In this document: piece by piece, positions 15,687-18,109 of the stretch
How the letters are laid out: each line of letters opens with the position of its first letter
Numbering within the stretch: the stretch's first letter is position 1
From: Conexivisphaerales archaeon
GTDB lineage: Archaea > Thermoproteota > Nitrososphaeria > Conexivisphaerales > DTJL01
Direction of reading: 5' to 3'
Assembly: GCA_049509455.1 (NCBI GenBank)
Contig: JBEKZX010000038.1
Location: forward strand, 1 to 18,109
Length of the DNA stretch: 18,109 nt
Notes under the pieces: model-generated
Told to the model about the DNA's origin: nothing
The model's input: the letters and a program-made list of their open reading frames with translations, nothing else
The model's database searches: none
Position numbers and translations under genes: made by a program

Positions 15687-16610
15687 CTAGTCCATGAGGT
15701 GCACGGAGGATTCCGTAAGCTTGCTTACGGTGAGGCGAGCGGACGGATATGCCTCGGCCACCCGATGGGTGATGTGACGGGCGTCGTCACGCCACGCGAG
15801 GCAGTGGACCGCTTGACCTATCATGTTGTGTGCAGCGGCGATGGCGCCTGCCTCCTCAAGCAACGTGCAGGCCTTGTCGGCGTCCTTCGATCCCAGCCCT
15901 GTATCTAGGGCGAACTTGCGGCTCTCCCTAAGCATCCGGATGGATGACGGGTCGGCCGCCACCTTCTCAAGGGTCTCCACGCCGGCCCTGTTCACTTTCG
16001 CCACGACTTCAGGCGACGTCAGTAGGCTCCTCTTCTGCCTGGACGCGAAAGTGACAGCGATGAGAGAATATCTTTCGAAGTCCTCCATGAAGCCCTCGAC
16101 GCGACAGATCCCCGGCCCTCCTCCTTGGACGATGAGACCTCCAACGCCCGAGCTGGAGTAGATCGCGCCCACGGTCCCCAGGCCGGTGTGGCACACCAGC
16201 TCTGCTTCATGCGCTATGTCAGCGGCCAGTCGCAGCGTCGACTTCTGTCCGAGCTCCACTAAAGCTGCCGTCGAAGCCCCAAGAGAGGCCGAAGCGCTCG
16301 AGCCGAAGCCGGCTCCGATGGGGACCTCCACCCGGTGGCTGACCCTGAACCTCTGCTTCGATCCGGTGCGCCTCCTGACGATGTCGAGGACCACCTGGGT
16401 AGTGCTGTTGGCTATTGGCCTGCCGTCGAAGAAGATCTCGTCCGAGGGGAAGCTGATCTTCTCCACGGTTGTATGCGTGCCCTTGACGAGCTTAAAGCCG
16501 CCGCCCCGGGCGCCCACCTTCTCCAACGGCTGGGAGTAGCTTCCGTCTGCTCCCACCCCTTCAAAAGTAAAGAAACTTGACACAGCCGAGGGAACATATA
16601 CAGAACGCAT
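15687..16610 (-). CDS. pok: pantoate kinase (GHMP kinase family)
   Basis: VYVPSAVSSFF…GARGGGF, VPIGAGFGSSAS (GHMP ATP loop), AHEAEL…TGLGTV and GGPG, the archaeal PoK pattern. Start ATG 16610 or 16619. Confidence 0.85.
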   Translation of the reverse strand: MRSVYVPSAVSSFFTFEGVGADGSYSQPLEKVGARGGGFKLVKGTHTTVEKISFPSDEIFFDGRPIANSTTQVVLDIVRRRTGSKQRFRVSHRVEVPIGAGFGSSASASLGASTAALVELGQKSTLRLAADIAHEAELVCHTGLGTVGAIYSSSGVGGLIVQGGGPGICRVEGFMEDFERYSLIAVTFASRQKRSLLTSPEVVAKVNRAGVETLEKVAADPSSIRMLRESRKFALDTGLGSKDADKACTLLEEAGAIAAAHNMIGQAVHCLAWRDDARHITHRVAEAYPSARLTVSKLTESSVHLMD

Positions 16611-16642
16611 GTCGTTCATCGGCTTCTGAACGGAAGAGATAG

Positions 16643-17470
16643 TTAAGCCTGTTGATGTAACGGCTGCCCTCTTCGGCCTAGGCTAGCTATCTTGGGCGCA
16701 ACGGGAGCGAGGACAAGGGTGACGGCGATCCCCAGCTCGAACACTGACATCACGCTCCCGAGCACGCTTCCCAGGGTAGGCCAGCTCTTGTAGAATGAAT
16801 CGAAGTAGCCGGCGAGGCTGAGGCCTCCGACCACGAAGAACGGTATCGAAGATAGCACCGATATCGCCATAATTCGGCTTAGGGATTCGGTGGCCCACGA
16901 CACCATGCCAGCGGACCAGATTCTCGAGGACGTGTTGGTGCTTAGAGCTCTAAGGACGACGGGGACGACAAGGATCATGAAGGGAAGCATCGTGAACTCC
17001 CAGAACAACGTGAACCCCATCAGGCCCATCCAGAAGGAATTCCCGGTGCTACTGGGGAAGGCTAGGAGCATCACTCCGGCCGCGGCTATCACGTTCCCCA
17101 CCAGAAGCGAGACCACAGAGCCGACGGTGAAGGCGCTCCAAGATTTGTAACGGTTCACGATCCAGCCGAAGAGCAGGAACCCCACGAAGTTCCCCGGCAA
17201 CCCCGCAGCGACGGCCAGCAAATAGTTCGTCTGGCCCAGAGGCACCAGAAAGAGGATGTCACCCACCATGGACCCCAAGCCAGCCCCCGCGGCCCCCACC
17301 ATCGTGCCAGAAGTGATGGAGAAGATGGCGGGTATCACGACGCCAGGCCTGAACTGGCCCACGTGCCAGGGCGTGCTTATGGGGGCGGTGATCCCGTTGA
17401 CGACAGCGTAGAGCGCCGCGCAAATGGCCATCCTTGCCAGGGCAGAGGTGGCAGTGCTCTTCCTTTGCAT
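16643..17470 (-). CDS. ECF transporter S-component-like membrane protein with C-terminal extension
   Basis: TM1 ARMAICAALYAV (AxxxA), then GQFRPGVVIPAIF…G…GA.GAGLG.MVGD, typical of S-components (QueT/PanT-like). At 275 aa it has about 2 extra hydrophobic segments. Confidence 0.7.
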   Translation of the reverse strand: MQRKSTATSALARMAICAALYAVVNGITAPISTPWHVGQFRPGVVIPAIFSITSGTMVGAAGAGLGSMVGDILFLVPLGQTNYLLAVAAGLPGNFVGFLLFGWIVNRYKSWSAFTVGSVVSLLVGNVIAAAGVMLLAFPSSTGNSFWMGLMGFTLFWEFTMLPFMILVVPVVLRALSTNTSSRIWSAGMVSWATESLSRIMAISVLSSIPFFVVGGLSLAGYFDSFYKSWPTLGSVLGSVMSVFELGIAVTLVLAPVAPKIASLGRRGQPLHQQA

Positions 17471-17584
17471 CGCCGTCAGCCTCGGCCACTAAAGATTTTA
17501 GCCTTACATTCTATTTCTTTATATCAGTATATACCCGGGGAAGAGGACGCTTAATCCTCCTTTATCTGCGTCCGCAAACGTCGA

Positions 17585-17692
17585 GTGTTCTGGACGGAAT
17601 CTGATTTCAGACGGGCCTTGATGAACTGGAGGAGAAAGCTCCGACGCAAACCACCCTTCGAGAATGAGTTCTACATGAAACACTTGGAGTGA
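17585..17692 (+). CDS. candidate 35-aa basic small protein (MFWTESDFRRALMNWRRKLRRKPPFENEFYMKHLE)
   Basis: GTG…TGA frame with mostly G/C-ending codons and a TATA-like CTTTATCT at 17560-17567. No homology recognised. Confidence 0.3.
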   Translation: MFWTESDFRRALMNWRRKLRRKPPFENEFYMKHLE

Positions 17693-17716
17693 ACGCCGGC
17701 TGAGAGAACGACAGGT

Positions 17717-17995
17717 TCAGGATGCAGACCCGGTCGGAAGTGTTGGCAGCGGTGCCTCCTTCTTCCGTTCCTTGACGGGCGCGGGCCCTCCTGTGCCCTG
17801 GACCTCCTCGGCTTTCGCCTTTCCCTGGGCCTCGTCAACCCTTGGAGAGGGGGTCGCTTCAGGTATCACGAGCGTGCGTTCCTGTGCGGTTTGGGCGCGA
17901 GGTGCGTTTTGACCCTTGCGGGGCTGTGCGTTTTTGTGCGGCTTGGCTGGTCCCTTCTCCGCCTTGTCGCTCGGCTTGTCAAGTGACTCCGACAT
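17717..17995 (-). CDS. hypothetical low-complexity K/E/P/A-rich protein
   Basis: 92-aa ATG ORF with a TATA-like TTTATTCA about 30 nt upstream (18025-18032). It overlaps a DNA repeat array, so it may be spurious. Confidence 0.4.
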   Translation of the reverse strand: MSESLDKPSDKAEKGPAKPHKNAQPRKGQNAPRAQTAQERTLVIPEATPSPRVDEAQGKAKAEEVQGTGGPAPVKERKKEAPLPTLPTGSAS

Positions 17996-18098
17996 GGTGT
18001 TCAGAGGCTAATGAGATAACGGGTTGAATAAACGATACCCTTGACGGGCTGTGCGCATCTGTGCGTTTCCGGCGCACATGGGTGGGGGGGCCTGTGCG
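17874..18098. repeat. array of GTGCG motifs, including a 29-nt imperfect direct repeat
   Basis: GTGCG starts at 17874, 17884, 17902, 17926, 17936, 18051, 18061 and 18094. 17912-17940 and 18037-18065 match at 24 of 29 positions. Confidence 0.7.
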
Positions 18099-18109
18099 AT
18101 TCGGGCGAT

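Noticed and set aside
89-16597. Many 60-225-aa ORFs antisense or out of frame to recognised genes (for example 9054-9731, 9568-10125, 5961-6440, 1066-1527)
   Set aside because: They are shadow ORFs expected in GC-rich coding DNA, each fully overlapping a gene with clear family motifs.
17601-17703. TGATGA (17619-17624) and CTGA boxes as a possible C/D sRNA
   Set aside because: There is no properly spaced D'/C' pair, and the C-to-D distance is too long for a typical archaeal sRNA.
17874-18098. Repeat array as a CRISPR locus
   Set aside because: The repeats are short and degenerate with irregular spacing, and there are no cas genes.

Overview
Gene-dense, GC-rich (roughly 55-60% by eye) archaeal chromosomal window, most consistent with a Nitrososphaerota/TACK lineage. 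That placement is inferred from the Cdv/ESCRT genes, L38e, an L40e with a thaumarchaeal-type N-terminus, pantoate kinase and the archaeal NusA-like/aspS pair. Gene order: PAC2 proteasome chaperone (-); a beta-CASP RNase, archaemetzincin and presenilin-like protease operon (+); rpl38e and a long TrmB regulator (-); two different ESCRT-III genes and Vps4/CdvC with no cdvA (+); a frameshifted MDR oxidoreductase remnant; aspS and nusA-like (-); sucCD, a Nim/PNPOx-like gene and a GT2-GtrA fusion (+); a prenyltransferase/squalene-cyclase-fold protein (-); rpl40e and tRNA-Val(CAC) (+); pantoate kinase and an ECF S-component (-); and a repeat-rich terminal stretch. The ORF track misses or mis-bounds rpl38e, rpl40e, the tRNA and the pseudogene. 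No mobile element or CRISPR array is supported. The best leads are (1) the TrmB/ESCRT-III/Vps4 locus with a candidate operator, next to a protease/RNase operon, (2) the ECF S-component/pantoate kinase pair, and (3) an array of GTGCG-N5-GTGCG repeats at the right end.
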